Shown here in pieces: positions 1-13,349 of a DNA stretch of 64,000 bases. Every line of letters starts with the position of its first letter. Position 1 is the first letter of the stretch. The DNA is from Octopus sinensis. Taxonomy: Eukaryota. A model generated the notes under the pieces. It was not told where the DNA came from, did no database searches, and worked only from the letters and a program-made list of their open reading frames with translations. The DNA lies in contig NC_043012.1 in the NCBI RefSeq assembly GCF_006345805.1, positions 55,118,001 through 55,182,000 of the forward strand. The letters run 5' to 3'. A program made the position numbers and the translations under genes.

Positions 1-65
1 ATACATGCTAAATATAGACACACTCAAGCGCAATTTGAAATGCAGTGTTTATTCTATGTATTTTA

Positions 66-242
<177 letters not shown>

Positions 243-746
243 CTAAAGAAACAAGATACAAACAGTTTTACATAACAACAACAACAATAATAATAATAAT
301 AATCATTTCTGCTATAAGCATAAGACTTGAAATTTTGTGGGTGGGTAGGGGATATAGCTGAGTACATCAACCCCCAGTGCTCAAGTGGTATTTATTTTGC
401 CGACCCCAAAAGGATGAAAGGCAAAACTGATCTTGATGGAATTTGAATTCAGATTGTAAAGATAGACAAAATGCCACTAAGCATTTTGTCCACTGTGCAA
501 AACCATTCTTCTTGCTCACTGTCTAATGATAATAACAACCCTTTCTGTTATAGGCACAAAACCTGCAATTTGGTGGAGGGGGGCAAGTTGATTACATCAA
601 CCCCAGTGTGCAACTTATTTCACTGACCCTGAAAGGATGAAAGGCAAAGTTGACCACAGCGGAATCTGAGCTCAGAATGTAGTGGCAGACAAAATACTAC
701 TAAACATTGCGGCCAGCATGCTAATGATTCTGCCAGATCAACACCT

Positions 747-785
<39 letters not shown>

Positions 786-786
<1 letters not shown>

Positions 787-1440
787 CCCTGATGCAGTAC
801 CAGACAGTGGCTCTCATGGCTTCTGATCTTAACTGATTGGAAGTGTTATCATGTACATTGTTTTGTCTTGGTATAAAAGATAAAATACAGCAAATATTCT
901 GCTCAGATGCAGTACCAGGCAGTGGCTCGCATGGCTTCTGATCTTAACTGATTGGAAGTGTTATCATGTACATTGTTTTGTCTTGGTGTACAAATGTTCT
1001 GCTCAATACCACAGATTTGCCTGTCAGTTGTTAGACCATGACCAGTTGAGCATGTCCCTTAGTGGCTGACGATATGTGCATCTCTGATCATGAGCAGAAG
1101 TAGTGGGGGAGCATCATAGCCATGTGTTGAGAGGAAGTCTTCGGGGTTTGAATAATTCACCTCTGGAAACATGGGTGTTTTGTTCAACATCCTTAAACAA
1201 GCCTTATTCAAGGACCTTTTGAGCGGGTTGGGCTACTCGATCAGAAGAAAATTCTAACTGGGCCTCACCTGCAAGGTCATGTGCTGTTTATCTTGATATG
1301 AGATCACCATGTCGCACACATATGATTGTGATGCATGTGCCTAGTGTACCCTTATCAGACAGGTAGTCATGATGGGTATACTGGGCTTTGTATATTTTAC
1401 CCCAGTGTCACTTTGATGGCATGCACTGCTCTCTCACTCA
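786..1440. repeat. Unclassified interspersed repeat flanked by (AAT)n on both sides; partial copy at ~33905-34070
   Basis: Shared CTCAATACCACAGATTTGC(C/T)TGTCAGTTG...GTGGCTGA(C/T)(G/A)ATATGTGCAT sequence; internal 115-bp duplication. Confidence 0.6.
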
Positions 1441-1741
1441 ATAATGATAATAATAACTTCTTTTACTTGCTACAGGGACATGAGATGAGGGCATTACAAG
1501 AACAGTTCATAATTTGTGTGGAAATTTACATAAAATTTCCTTGAAGAGAGACTGTTCGTTATAAAATTATATAGGAGAATCTTTTTATTCAATTATATTC
1601 CAAATATGAGCTTGATAATAATCAAGTTAGTTATTTTTACTAAATCGCTCCAAAGCATTTATTTATTTAAAAACAAAATAACTAATAGGGATACATAATG
1701 TATTAGAAATATAGTTAACCAAAAGGTTTCAATTGACTTAC

Positions 1742-1784
1742 CTGCCCAATGGCATTGTCTACAATTTCTTTCAGTTGATCTGAA
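1742..1784 (-). CDS. RUNDC1: RUNDC1 coding exon: SDQLKEIVDNAIGQ
   Basis: tttcttttttcag acceptor, CAG|gtaagt donor, 43 nt (phase 2 to 0); matches human TEELRQRVDAAVAQ. Confidence 0.9.
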
Positions 1785-2299
1785 CTGAAAAAAGAAACAC
1801 AAAGATTAATAAAACATTGTCTTTAGCACTTTGAAACCAAGAGTAGACTTTAGTGGGCATGGTTTCACTGGGCTGTAGCCCTGGAAGATGCAAAATTGGT
1901 CTGCTACATGGTTTTATGTTTACCACAGAAAATAATGTTTCCTCCACCAGTCAGTGAGCTGTAAGCACAAATCTAAGTGGTTTCTCAGTTATGGGTCTTT
2001 TAGTGTTTATAGTCAAATGAAATCAGGCCTACTAACGCATACTTGAAGGTTCAAAGGGTTAATGAGTGTTTGAAAATAGGGATAACAAGGTTATTACCTG
2101 TTGCTATGCTGCCATTAAAAATATTTGTTAACCATGCACATACCTTCATAAATTGTTCAAAGTGAAAGTCTTTAAAAAAAATCTTGCTGTAAAGGTAACG
2201 CTGGCATATATATATAGTTGACTGAATATAGGGAGGAAGTGAATGGATTTGGAGATCAGTGTAATTAATCAAAAAGCAAGTTGTTGCACTGTTAGAGAA

Positions 2300-2850
2300 A
2301 CATCATCATCATCATTGTTCGACCGTGGTCGAGACAATGGAATTTACTATGCTACGCCAGACTTCATGGTCCATCATAGCATTATGGAGGTCCTGTTGCT
2401 GGATGCCTGTACCCCTGAAGATTACATCAGAGTAGGAGAGTGTGCGCACTCTGGTATTGCAAGCAGATGGCTTCCAGAGGAGAAGAGGAGAAATTACCTC
2501 GTTTTCAGCTCTACAACAATGTCCAGCAAACTAGACTCTTCTACCTTTCACAAGAGATGATACAGGTGGTAATTTCCCATATATTTGTACATTGGTTGGA
2601 TGACGCTTCCACGAGAGATTTTGAGCTCTCATAAGGAAGCGAGTGTAAGTTCCATCCAACCACCTCTGTCTAGGGAGATAACCTTACAACAAATCACTCG
2701 GTCTGTAGCTTAGAAATACTGGGTTGACATCCAGTGGGAACAGCTTTGTTTCATGGAGAAGGAAAGATCTTCTTTAGTGCTTGGTTGTACAATGCTTTCC
2801 AATGTGTGTAGTAGTGGCGTGCGCACACATTATTAACCATTTGAAAAGAC
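2300..2850 (-). mobile_element. Second RTE-clade LINE (RTEX-like) 3' fragment
   Basis: Minus-strand translation LMRAQNLSWKRHPTNVQIYGKLPPVSSLVKGRRV*FAGHCCRAENEVISPLLLWKP...NSIVSTTVEQ* runs directly into a (TGA)n tail. Confidence 0.75.
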
Positions 2851-3553
2851 TATGGAGTTAGAGAAACAAGCAAGTGGAGACACTGTGAAATGCGACGGAC
2901 CGGCGTCCTCTCCGTGTGGGGAACCTATACACCAAGGAAACTGAGAAACTGGCCCTTATGAAGGAACAAACAAACAAACAAAACTGCTAGGATGATTTAT
3001 AGACAGGTTCAGGGAACTGAAAGATTTATTGCATACATATATAGATACTAGTTCATGTTCTAAAAAGAAATATCAGTATTCTCTGTGTAAAAAGCACTTA
3101 GTACACTGTAAAGTGACTGGCATTAAATTTAGAACTTCTAAGATTCAAACTATTCAATTAAATACTATCATTGTAAACAACATTGTTTGCTTTGTTCAAT
3201 AGGAAAATTGGCAACTATACTGGCTTCAAGTTTGGAAAGTCACAAGTCGTGAAAACAGAGAGGTATCCTTAAGTTGACACTGGCTCTTACAAGGATCTTT
3301 ATACGGTCAATAGACCTTCTAGAAATAACAGAAAAATACCCCTCAAATCACACTGTACAGTGTTAAAAAATGGAAGAACATTCTGGATTATGTAGATAGG
3401 GATACACTATACCTGGCAAAAAATGACAAGATGGTCATGACAAAAATGTTTTTGATCATAGGTCTGCTCAATCAAGGCCTACTTAGGGTTAAACGACCAT
3501 TTCAGTATAATGAAAATTATTGTAAAGTTGAGAACAAAGAAATTTTTCCTTAC

Positions 3554-3663
3554 CTTAAGTGGTCAAAATTCTCTAGCTTTAAGTCCAGTTTGTTCTTGAG
3601 TTGGTCAATAAGTATTCGTTGCTTCTCCATCATCTGACTAGTCGGGAGTCCAGCTTCACCATT
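3554..3663 (-). CDS. RUNDC1: RUNDC1 coding exon: NGEAGLPTSQMMEKQRILIDQLKNKLDLKLENFDHL-S
   Basis: ttttcttcccaaag acceptor, AAG|gtaagg donor, 110 nt (phase 0 to 2); matches LP.S...E.QR..ID.L..KLD. Confidence 0.92.
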
Positions 3664-5092
3664 CTTTGGGAAGAAAATGGTTAAGAGTTAGCAATAATAA
3701 TAGAAAATGTAACAACTGATATCAATTAGTCCAGCTCTACATCAACTATCTTTATTAGTAATATCAGTACTGTTGTATCACTACAGATTGGGGTATTGTT
3801 TCCTTTGTGCCACACAGCTGGCAGACATAGTAGCATAGCTAGGAGGAGGAAAAGGAGGGAACAAGGGGTCAACCCACCCTGAGCAACATTTTAATGGAGC
3901 AGTATTTTGGGGTTTGCTGTATAAGTGTGTCCAGGCTTGGGGGAGATAAATTCATGAGCTACCCCAGGTAGCATGAACTACTAGGCAACCAATAAACTAT
4001 AAGTTCCTACCAAACCTTCCATAGGACTCAGGGAGTATATATCATCATCATCATTTAGCGTCCACTTTCCATGCTAGCATGGGTTGGACGGTTCAACTGG
4101 GGTCTGGGAAGCCAGAAGGCTGCACCAGGCCCAGTCTGATCTGGCAATGTTTCTACGGCTGGATGCCCTTCCTAACACCAACCACTCCGTGAGTGTAGTG
4201 GGTGCTTTTTACGTGCCACCGGCATGGGGGCCAGGCGAGGCTGGCATCGGCCATGATCGGATGGTGCTTTTTACGTGCCACCGGCACGTAAAATTATATA
4301 TATATATGTTATTTTGAGATAGAAGTCCCCATGCAAGTCATTAAATCCTAATACACATCACACCATATCATAGAATCATATTTTAATATTTACTCTATCA
4401 GTTCTAAATTTCCCTTGTATATGTGTTTCATGAGGTGCGTTTAACATTCCCTAGACACTTAGTCTTTTATAGAAATACGTCTTAACTGCAACCCCAATCA
4501 TCAGGACTCTCGATAACTTTATTATAATTCAATAACTATTTCTATATTTTAACAGTTACGAATGTAACTAACAGACAAATATGCGTGTATGCAGGGTTTA
4601 TAATTTATGTCAAAATATGAAACATTACTGCCGGTCTTATCCCAAGAAATCTACTTTGCAATAAAGGTGTTACAAGTTTGATTCTACTCCAAGGTATCTT
4701 AGACAAGTGTCTCCAAACACAGCCTTAGGTCATCTTAACCTTTGTGAATGAAATTGGATAGATGTAGATAGAAACTGTGTAGAAGTCCATTTAGGTGGTA
4801 GATTTAATCCAATTTAACATCATCACTTGGTGCTTTGTTTACTTTTGGCATGGTCCACTATGTTAAAAGCATCTTAGACCATCCTGATGATAAGCGAGCT
4901 ACTTACCACACAGCCACTCCTGCGCCTTTGTCTGTTCACATTGATCTCAAATCTACCACTACATTCAATCAATGCCAGATCTCTTATTGCTAAAAAGAGT
5001 GTTAGCCATATAATGATCACCACTGCTAAACTGCATACACACACGGAAAATATAAGCCCTAACTGCATGCCTTGTTGGTGTTTACAACTTAC

Positions 5093-5200
5093 TTTATATG
5101 CGTATAACTCCAAGTCTTCCAGCTGCATTTTCAGTTGATTGATTAATTCTTTCTGTTTTTCCCGCTGTTCATTTATTTTAATTCCCCGCTCATTGTCATT
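5093..5200 (-). CDS. RUNDC1: RUNDC1 coding exon: NDNERGIKINEQREKQKELINQLKMQLEDLELYAYK
   Basis: cacattttag acceptor, AAA|gtaagt donor, 108 nt (phase 0 to 0); coiled-coil motif QREKQKELI.QLK.QL.DLE. Confidence 0.95.
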
Positions 5201-5534
5201 CTAAAATGTGCAAGAAAAAGAAACAGGTAAGAGAGAAAAAAAAAAGGGGGGAAATATTCCATAACAAGTGACAGAATAAAATATACACCTGTAACCAGTA
5301 AATTTCTCTCCCTTAGTTACAGGACTAATCTTTTCATGTAGAGAGACGTGGTGAGTATATTACATTGATAGTGTTTGCTGTCATGCATTGGTTGTGATAG
5401 AATGCATAAGTACTATGTATTGTGTGGAACGATAAAGCATTCATTATAATCATTTAATGTGCTTTCTATGTTGGCATGGGTTGGACAGCAGAACAGGAGC
5501 TAGCCAGTTGGAGAGTTGCCCAGGCTCCAGTTAT

Positions 5535-5946
5535 GGGATCTTTTCGGTTTGAACTGCAGTTTTTTAAAATAATTTCCATGTAACTAAACACTTTTAAACT
5601 TCGTATACTGATAGAATGTGTTTATAAAACATCTTTTTCTCTTGGCTTTATTGATAAAATTCTATAGTTTGTAAGATATTTGTTGTTTTTTTCTTCAATT
5701 TCTACAATTTCAACCAATCAATGACGTCTATTGAGGTGAAAACATTCTGTGCCGTATGAATATGTCCCTTGTTTAAGAAACAGATTGGGTTTATTTACAT
5801 TTGTGAAGAAAAAAAGATACCCTTCCCCCCACCCCTAACCCTAAAACAGATTGAAATGCAATAGATCGATACTAGGGTCATAATTATGGGTGACAATTTC
5901 ATATGACACCGCTAGAAAAAACTGCCGTTCAAACTGAAATGATCCC
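5535..5946. mobile_element. MITE, 412 bp, ~30-bp TIRs beginning GGGATC, 6-bp TSD AGTTAT
   Basis: Left GGGATCTTTTCGGTTTGAACTGCAGTTTTT vs reverse complement of right GGGATCATTTCAGTTTGAACGGCAGTTTTT; AGTTAT at 5529-5534 and 5947-5952; splits an RTE-tail copy. Confidence 0.9.
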
Positions 5947-7770
5947 AGTTATGTTTTGGCATGGTTTCTACAGCTGGATGCCCTTCCTAATGCCAAGCAC
6001 TTTATAGAGTGTACTACCAAGGAATGTCAATTGTGTGGAGTGGAAGATTAGCTTAATTGTATGCGTGTGTTGTAGAGGCACTGTTCAGTATCTTGCATGT
6101 TATGATACAATGTTTCTGTGAGAAGAGCAATGAGAGGTGTGTCTGCTAAGTGTCCTGAAGATGTAAGTATATTTGAAGCATAGACAGGTGTCTATGCTTC
6201 ACTCAGTGTAGCTAAGGCTGTTAAGCTATCTAATGTAATATTATATGTTGAGTGGAGTATGAGAAGTGTTGTGTATGTGAGGAGAGAGGGAAATGGAGTA
6301 GACTGTTGTGAATACATAGAGGTCAACCCACAAAAATTAGAGAATTTGTGATACCATTACACATGGGCTCAACATTGTGAAAAATAGATGGCAGGGTCCA
6401 ATCACAATAGGTTTTTGTTAAAAACTGATAGTGATTAGAATGGTGTGAATCAGTGTCATGTGTATGTAAGAAGTAGTTGTTTAAGCCCAGGTCAGTCCTG
6501 AACACATACAATGTCATCATTTGATGTCCGTTTTCCATGCTGGCATGGGTTGGACAGTTTGGCTGGAGCTGGTTAGGTAGAAGACTGCGCCAGACTCCAC
6601 TGTCTGTTCTGGCATGGTTTCTATGGCTGGATGCCCTTTCTAACACCAGCCACCTTACAGAGTGTACTGGGTTCTTTTTATGTGCACCAGTGCATTTTAT
6701 GTGGCATCAGCACCAAATCAGTCAAGCATATTCTTGTCATAGCTATTCCATCTATTATTCAGAAATAATTTATACTTAGCAATATGTGCCTTTCTGTTAT
6801 TTTAAGATAGTACAAAAAGAATTTTGTATGTAATGCAAGAGGTGGTGTTAGGTGGTAGACAAAGGAATGTCATGGAGTTTGTTCTTTCTAAATTCCTATT
6901 CTCTGATATATCTGACTGAGTGGATAGGTGACATAAAAACCAGCCAAAAGTTTGGCAGTTTCATATCTTGTTACAATCGCTACAATGTGTCCAAGGCCAA
7001 CAGACACATTGGCTCTCAAACGATCTTGTTTGCCTATATAGGAACATGTGTTACAAGGTTACAATACACAGCTGTAAGTAGTAGTAGCACTTAAAAACTG
7101 GTGAAGGCCTTATTAACTTGGAATTCCAAGTTCAACACCCACCACTTTAGGTTAAATAGGGATGGGCTCTGCCAAAGGCCAACAGACATATTTGGCTCTC
7201 AAATGACATTGTTTGCATATATATGTAACAACGCACAGCTGTAACTAGTAGTAACACTTGAAAACTAGCAACTCCCACCACTTTAGCTTGAATAGGGATG
7301 GGCTCTGCCAACTCACTAACCCTAGATACTGAAACTACCTTTTGGTGATGTCACTGATACACAATGCATTATGGGTCATACCAATTGTAGAATATTTTTT
7401 TTTTTATCATTGTCATATGTAATCTATAGTTTTAAAGATGATATATAGCAGCAGTCTTATCTAAAAATCAATTTTCTTCACTGATGTATTTTTGGAATGA
7501 TAGGATTTATTCAAATATCAACTGGCATTTATTCATTTTAAATCTTGTGTAAAGATATGTAAAGCGTGACACACATTTTAAAAATGTCAAGTAAACATAC
7601 ATGTACAATGTATTGCTTGTATGAAGTGGGATATATATGTAATCCCAACAAGCTGTATGTGGAATATGTAAGTTTTCTTTTGTTACAACAATTCATAAGC
7701 AACTAGGCAGATTATCTTAGGATTTACTTAATGTAAAAGATAGATTGGAAGAAAACAAAAGATGTCTAAC

Positions 7771-7866
7771 CATATCATCATCATTGTCACATCCGACAGG
7801 CAGCATACATCCAACTACATCCGGAACGCCTTGGAAAGCGAGTTGTTCCAACTCTTTTAATAGAAC
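7771..7866 (-). CDS. RUNDC1: RUNDC1 coding exon: VLLKELEQLAFQGVPDVVGCMLPVGCDNDDDM
   Basis: ttcttttgtacag acceptor, ATG|gttaga donor, 96 nt (phase 0 to 0); matches human LLRELEDFAFRGCP. Confidence 0.92.
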
Positions 7867-8608
7867 CTGTACAAAAGAAAATAGTGATTTTTTAAAGCAT
7901 AGATACAAGGCTTTGAATGATACAGTTGATTAGATCAGCATATTCCCCAGCACTTGACTGGTACTTTATTTTCTTAACCTTTGAAAGGATATTAGGCAAA
8001 AGGATGACTTTGGCAAGATTTGAATGCAGAAAATGTAAAGGAACATAAGCAAATACCGCAGGGTATTTCATTTTGTGCTCTAGTGATTCTGCCGCCTACC
8101 TACAACAACAATAGTAAAAATAAGAACAACTACACTAATAATTGATTAGAATTTCAGTATGACAAGTCAGTTTAATAGTTAAACTGACTTGTCATAGTTG
8201 TAATAGTCATTCCATTCTAAAGACAATTAGATTCTGGAAACAGAATCACCAAAGTTCTCATCAATACAAAAATGAATTCATTTCAATGAAGCTGAAGATA
8301 TGTAATAAACTGTGTGTAGTTATCTTTGTATCTTTTGTTTTTTATTGTTTCAGTTATTGGGTTGAGGCCATGCTTGGGCACCATCTTAAATGGGTTTGGT
8401 TGAGCAAGTTAAACCAAGGACTACATTATTCAATGTATCTTTCTTTTAAAGGTAATACAGAGTAACCTGAGCAAGATTTGGATGCTATTTCTGGCAGGTT
8501 GAACAACCATGTAGTGGTTCCTTCAATAGTACTTAGTTGCAGTGACTATAATTGATGGTGCTGCTATTTTTGTTTAGCATACATGCCAACTCAAAAAATG
8601 GATGTTAA

Positions 8609-8862
8609 CCCTTTTGTTACTGTATTTATTTTGAGATGCTCTGTGTTTCTTTCAATTATAATAATAATGATAATAATAATGAAATTATTGTATACAGTGC
8701 TCAACAAAGAATTTATCAAAATAACTTAGTTATCATTAAGCTAGTGTTAGGAACATAAATTGTGACTAAGGTTTGGTGGAAGATTTTAATTCAAAACTTA
8801 ACAAAACAAGACATTTGTACTCAGAGCCAGAGGTGGTTTCAGCCGGGTTGGTAACAAAAGGG
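8609..8862. mobile_element. Second piggyBac-type MITE (CCCTTTTGTTAC TIR); relative at ~53884-54070
   Basis: TTAA|CCCTTTTGTTAC ... GTAACAAAAGGG|TTAC. Confidence 0.8.
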
Positions 8863-9494
8863 TTACAATGTCAATGATGATGATGAATGAATTCAGCTCT
8901 GGTCCAGTAGACACTCCAGCTGTGACCTTACTATTTTCTATTCAGACATAGTGTAGTCAAAACTACATTATCAAATGTCAAGGCTTAAAGATCCTTCCTC
9001 TGCCGTAAGCTCATTAGATTGGTTTCCTGGATTCTGTGGCAGATATTCCTTGCTTCCTGGATGGGACACTGGTCCATCATGGTATTACTCATTTTTGTCA
9101 GCCGAGTAGACTGGAGCAATGTGAAATGAAGTGTTTTGGCCAAGAACACAATACGTTGCCTGATGCAGGAATTGAAACCACAATTTTACAATCATGAGCA
9201 CAACACTCTAACCACTAAGCGACAAACAGCCACATTATCAAATGTAACCTTTCCTTTTTCAAGACAGTGATGAGAGAACTTTGGTTTGAGAGGGATTTGA
9301 CTGCTATTTCTAGCAAGTCAAGCAGCCATATGTAGCAATGGTTCTCACACAATGGTGCACTGCATAACCTTAAAAGTTTTAATTCAAAGCTTTAGAAAAA
9401 CCTGTATTAAAGCTAAAGTGTCATGAAAAAAAATGTGTCATTTTTAATTGCTATATAAAAGCATAATTAATCAAACAAATGTAATCAATAGTCA

Positions 9495-10035
9495 CAGGAG
9501 TAGCTGTAGCTTGCTTACCAACCACATGGTTTTGGGTTCAGTCCCACTGTGTGGCACCTTGGGCAAGTGTCTTCTACTATAGCTTCGGGCCGACCAAAGC
9601 CTTGTGAGTGGATTTGGTAGACGGAAACTGAAAGAAGCCCGTCGTGTGTGTGTGTGTGAGTGTATGCATGTGTGTTTGTGTGTCTGTGTTTGTGCCTATT
9701 TCTTTATTACCCACAAGGGGCTAAACACAGAGAGGACAAACAAACGGATTAAGTCGATTACATCGACCCCAGTGCGTAACTGGTACTTATTTAATCGACC
9801 CCGAAAGGATGAAAGGCAAAGTCGATCTTGGCGGAATTGTACCCCCAACATCACTTGACAACCGATGCTGGTGTGTTTACGTACCCGTAACTTAGCAGTT
9901 CGGCATAAGAGACCGATAGAATAAGTACTAGGCTTACAAAGAATAAGTCCTGGGGTCGATTTGCTCGACTAAAGGCAGTGCTCGAGCATGGCCACAGTCA
10001 AATGACTGAAACAAATAAAAGAGTAAAAAGAGAGA
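9495..10035 (+). mobile_element. Dominant tRNA-derived CORE-type SINE (family 1) with internal (AT)/(GT) microsatellite; contains a nested family-2 fragment at ~9700-9838
   Basis: Head GGAGTGGCTGTGTGGTAAG...GGTTCAGTCCCACTG, CTTGGGCAAGTGTCTTCT core, tail GACTGAAACAAGTAAAAGAG; more than 15 copies in the window. Confidence 0.85.
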
Positions 10036-10254
10036 GTAAAAGTTTTCTATGATTATTTTCTAAATAACACGGACTTTTCTAATTATGCTTTTTAACTTCC
10101 ATGTGAGCACATTACTATCTGGAAAAGATTGAGAATGACTAATGTAGAGATTGTCTTCAATGGATCTCTTTTCATTTTTTATAGTTAAATGCTGTCGGTT
10201 ATTTTACTGTCCTTTCTATATTCTTCATGACTTTCTATATTCTCCCATGACTTC

Positions 10255-10563
10255 AGGAAACATTTTTCACGCTGAGAGTTGCTGAAGCATGGAACAAACT
10301 GCCGGCATCAGTTGTTAGTTGTCGGAGCACTGCATCCTTCAAAACTTCCATGCTTTCTGAGATTCGCCAACACTACACCTGATTTTCTCAAAACTTCCAT
10401 GCTTTCTGAGATTCGCCAACACTACACCTGATTTTCTCCCCTCCATACATACACAAGCATGTATCTGACTCATGCATTGTTTGCCTTCCAGACATTTGTA
10501 CTATACTCTGACAAGTTGTGGTGCACCTGAGCACTGTATACAATAATTTCATTATTATTATTA
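10255..10563 (+). mobile_element. CR1-type LINE 3' end with (ATT)n tail
   Basis: Translates FFTLRVAEAWNKLPASVVSCRSTASFKTSM (CR1 C-terminal FF..RV...WN.LP pattern). Confidence 0.75.
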
Positions 10564-10565
10564 TA

Positions 10566-10739
10566 GGGACGGACATAGATGTGTGGTCAAGAAGTTTGCT
10601 TTGCAACCATGTGATTTCATGTTCAGTCCCACTGCATGGCACCTTGGACAAGTTCTTCTACTTATAAGCCTCAAACCAATCAAAATCTTGTGAGCAAATT
10701 CGGTAGATGGAAACTGTTTGAAGTCCTTCATGTATATGT

Positions 10740-10783
<44 letters not shown>

Positions 10784-10985
10784 TTGTCCCTCACTACAGC
10801 TTGACAACAGGTGTTGGTTTGTTTATGTCCACATAACTTAGTGGTTCGGCAAAGGGGGTTGATAGAATTACTAACGGACTTAAAAATAAGTCCTTGGGTC
10901 AATTCGTTGAGCTAGCCCTTTCAAGGCAGTGCCCCAGCATGGCCGCAGTCGAATGACTGAAACAAGTAAAAGATAAAAATAAAAA
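10566..10985 (+). mobile_element. SINE family 1 copy
   Basis: Same head, core and tail. Confidence 0.8.
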
Positions 10986-11056
10986 AAAGAGACTATCTCA
11001 GTGACATACATTTCAAGTTAAAATGATACTAATGAGATATGTAGGGTTGGGGAAAA

Positions 11057-11059
11057 AGT

Positions 11060-11093
<34 letters not shown>

Positions 11094-11175
11094 AATAGAG
11101 AGAGAGATAGGGGAGAGAGGGACAGAGAGAGAAAAGGAGGAAGGGAGGGAGAGAGAGAGAGAACGAGAGAGAAAT
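11057..11175. repeat. (AG)n/purine-rich microsatellite
   Basis: Directly visible. Confidence 0.9.
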
Positions 11176-12602
11176 GAGCCCAAATTAAAAGAACTACATG
11201 AATCAATGGTCATAAAACAGTAGAATAAAATAACATCAAATTATAAAACAAACAAAAGGAGTAAACATTATTATTATTATTATTATATTATTATAGTCAT
11301 TATCAATTCAGCTGTTTTGTTGCCAGCTGTTACCACAGTTATATTTGCAAGGTTGGAGAAACTGTGTTGTAATATTTAAAATATGATTTGGTGAGACACT
11401 TCAATATACATTAAAAGCACAGCTAAATGGTTAAGAGGTTTGTTTAGCAATACACATTGTTCTGGGTTCAATTCTGCTGTGTGGCACTTTTGGCAAGTGT
11501 CTTCTGTAACCTTAAGTTGATCAATATCATGTGAGTGAGATTTGGTAGGGTAAAAAAAAATATTAAAAGCAAAAAAAAAAAAGCTGACACCGGCCTCCAC
11601 TCCTGCCACAACCCAAAACTGTGACAGGGGCCAAAATAAGCAAAAATCAAAACGATGAGACTGAATGTACAAAAAAAAAAAAATCTGCAACAACAAAAGC
11701 CCAGTAGTGTAGCTTAGAGGAGGGGTTAACAGTTGGCACTTTTGGGTCTGCTGTATAAGTCTGTATAGGGTGGGGTGGAAAACTCAAGGGGTGCCCTGGG
11801 TGACACACACTCTAAGTTAGGCCAATGTAAAAGCTACAACTACCACCATTACAATATCAAGAGCAATATCAGAAAAAAGAAGCTACAATGAACATAACAA
11901 GAGACACACACCAATAAACCAGGGCCTGTGCCAAACAGCTACTATCACATGGAGAAGTGACCTGCTTAAGGTTATTGTGTCTATCAGACTAGTTTATTTT
12001 GAAGATCAACCCACCATCTTCCTTTGGCGTGGAAAGGACGGTTAGTTTTCCCCTGGTTAGTGGCTAAGAAAGTGGCAAGCTGATAGAATTATTAACATGT
12101 TGGACAAAATGCTTTGTGGCATTTTTCGCAGCTCTTTACATTCTGAGTTCAAATCCTACTCAGCTCAACCTTGCCTTTCATCCCTTTGTGGGGGGTCAAT
12201 AAAAAACAAGTACAGGCGTGACTGTGGTAAGAAGCTTGCTTCCCAACCACACAGTTCCGAGTTCAGTCCCACTGCATGGCACCTTGGGCAAATGTCTTTT
12301 ACTATAGCCACAAGCCAACTAATACCTTTCTAGAGTAGATATGTCCACTAACAAAGCTGTACCAATCACCACAATCCTGCTTTGTTATAGTTATGTCAGT
12401 CTTCTATAATTCTAATATCAATAAAATTATTATCCAAAACGAGCCATACGAGGTTGTTTGTGCTGTGCTAAGTCTTGAGAGTTATTAATCTACACTGCAC
12501 ATTCTCTACAAACACTTTATGTTTGTGCTTGTATCAACATGTTTCATGTCATATCACCCGGCACCAACAGTTATTCATTAAAAAAATTATCATTTATTGA
12601 AA

Positions 12603-13003
12603 CTCTTTACTCTTTACTCTTTTACTTGTTTCAGTCATTTGATTGCGGCCATGTTGGAGCACCGCCTTTAATCGAGCAACTCGACCCCAGGACTTATTCT
12701 TTTGTAAGCCCAGTACTTATTCTATCGGTCTCTTTTGCTGAACCGCTAAGTAACGGGGACATAAACACACCAGCATTGGTTGTCAAGCAATGCTGGGGGG
12801 ACAAACACAGACACACACACACATATATATATATACATATATACGACAGGCTTCTTTCAGTTTCCGTCTACCAAATCCACTCACAAGATTTCGGTTGGCC
12901 TGAGACTATAGTAGAAGACACTTGCCCAAGGTGCCACGCAGTGGAACTGAACCCGGAACCATGTGGTTGGTAAACAATCTACTTACCACACAGCGACTCC
13001 TAT
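12603..13003 (-). mobile_element. SINE family 1 copy (young)
   Basis: Reverse complement of the family, CpG-rich. Confidence 0.85.
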
Positions 13004-13349
13004 GTGGTATACAAAAAACTGTATGCCTTTTTTTTGTTTGTTTCATGTGACATAGAAAGAAGGTTTTTGCATTTGTCAAGAATAACTCTCTTTGTCTGGA
13101 AATGGTTTATACTATTTAAATCTGATATATTTCAAGACGATGCATGGCTCTGTGGTTAAGAAGCATGCTTCCCAACCATGTGGTCTTCAATCCAGTCCTT
13201 CTGTGCAGCACATTGAGCAAGTGTCTTCTGCTATAGCCCTGAGCCAACCAATGTGAGTATTAAGGGTATTAATACTCTTGTCCCAGTTGCCAATTATGTG
13301 GTTAGGAAGCAAAAATCTTAAATACAAAATCATGTTGACACCCATTTCT

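Noticed and set aside
5317-5350. + strand 34-nt exon-like unit (cccttag|…|gtgagt), antisense to RUNDC1
   Set aside because: Isolated splice-site pair with no supporting neighbours; expected by chance in 64 kb.
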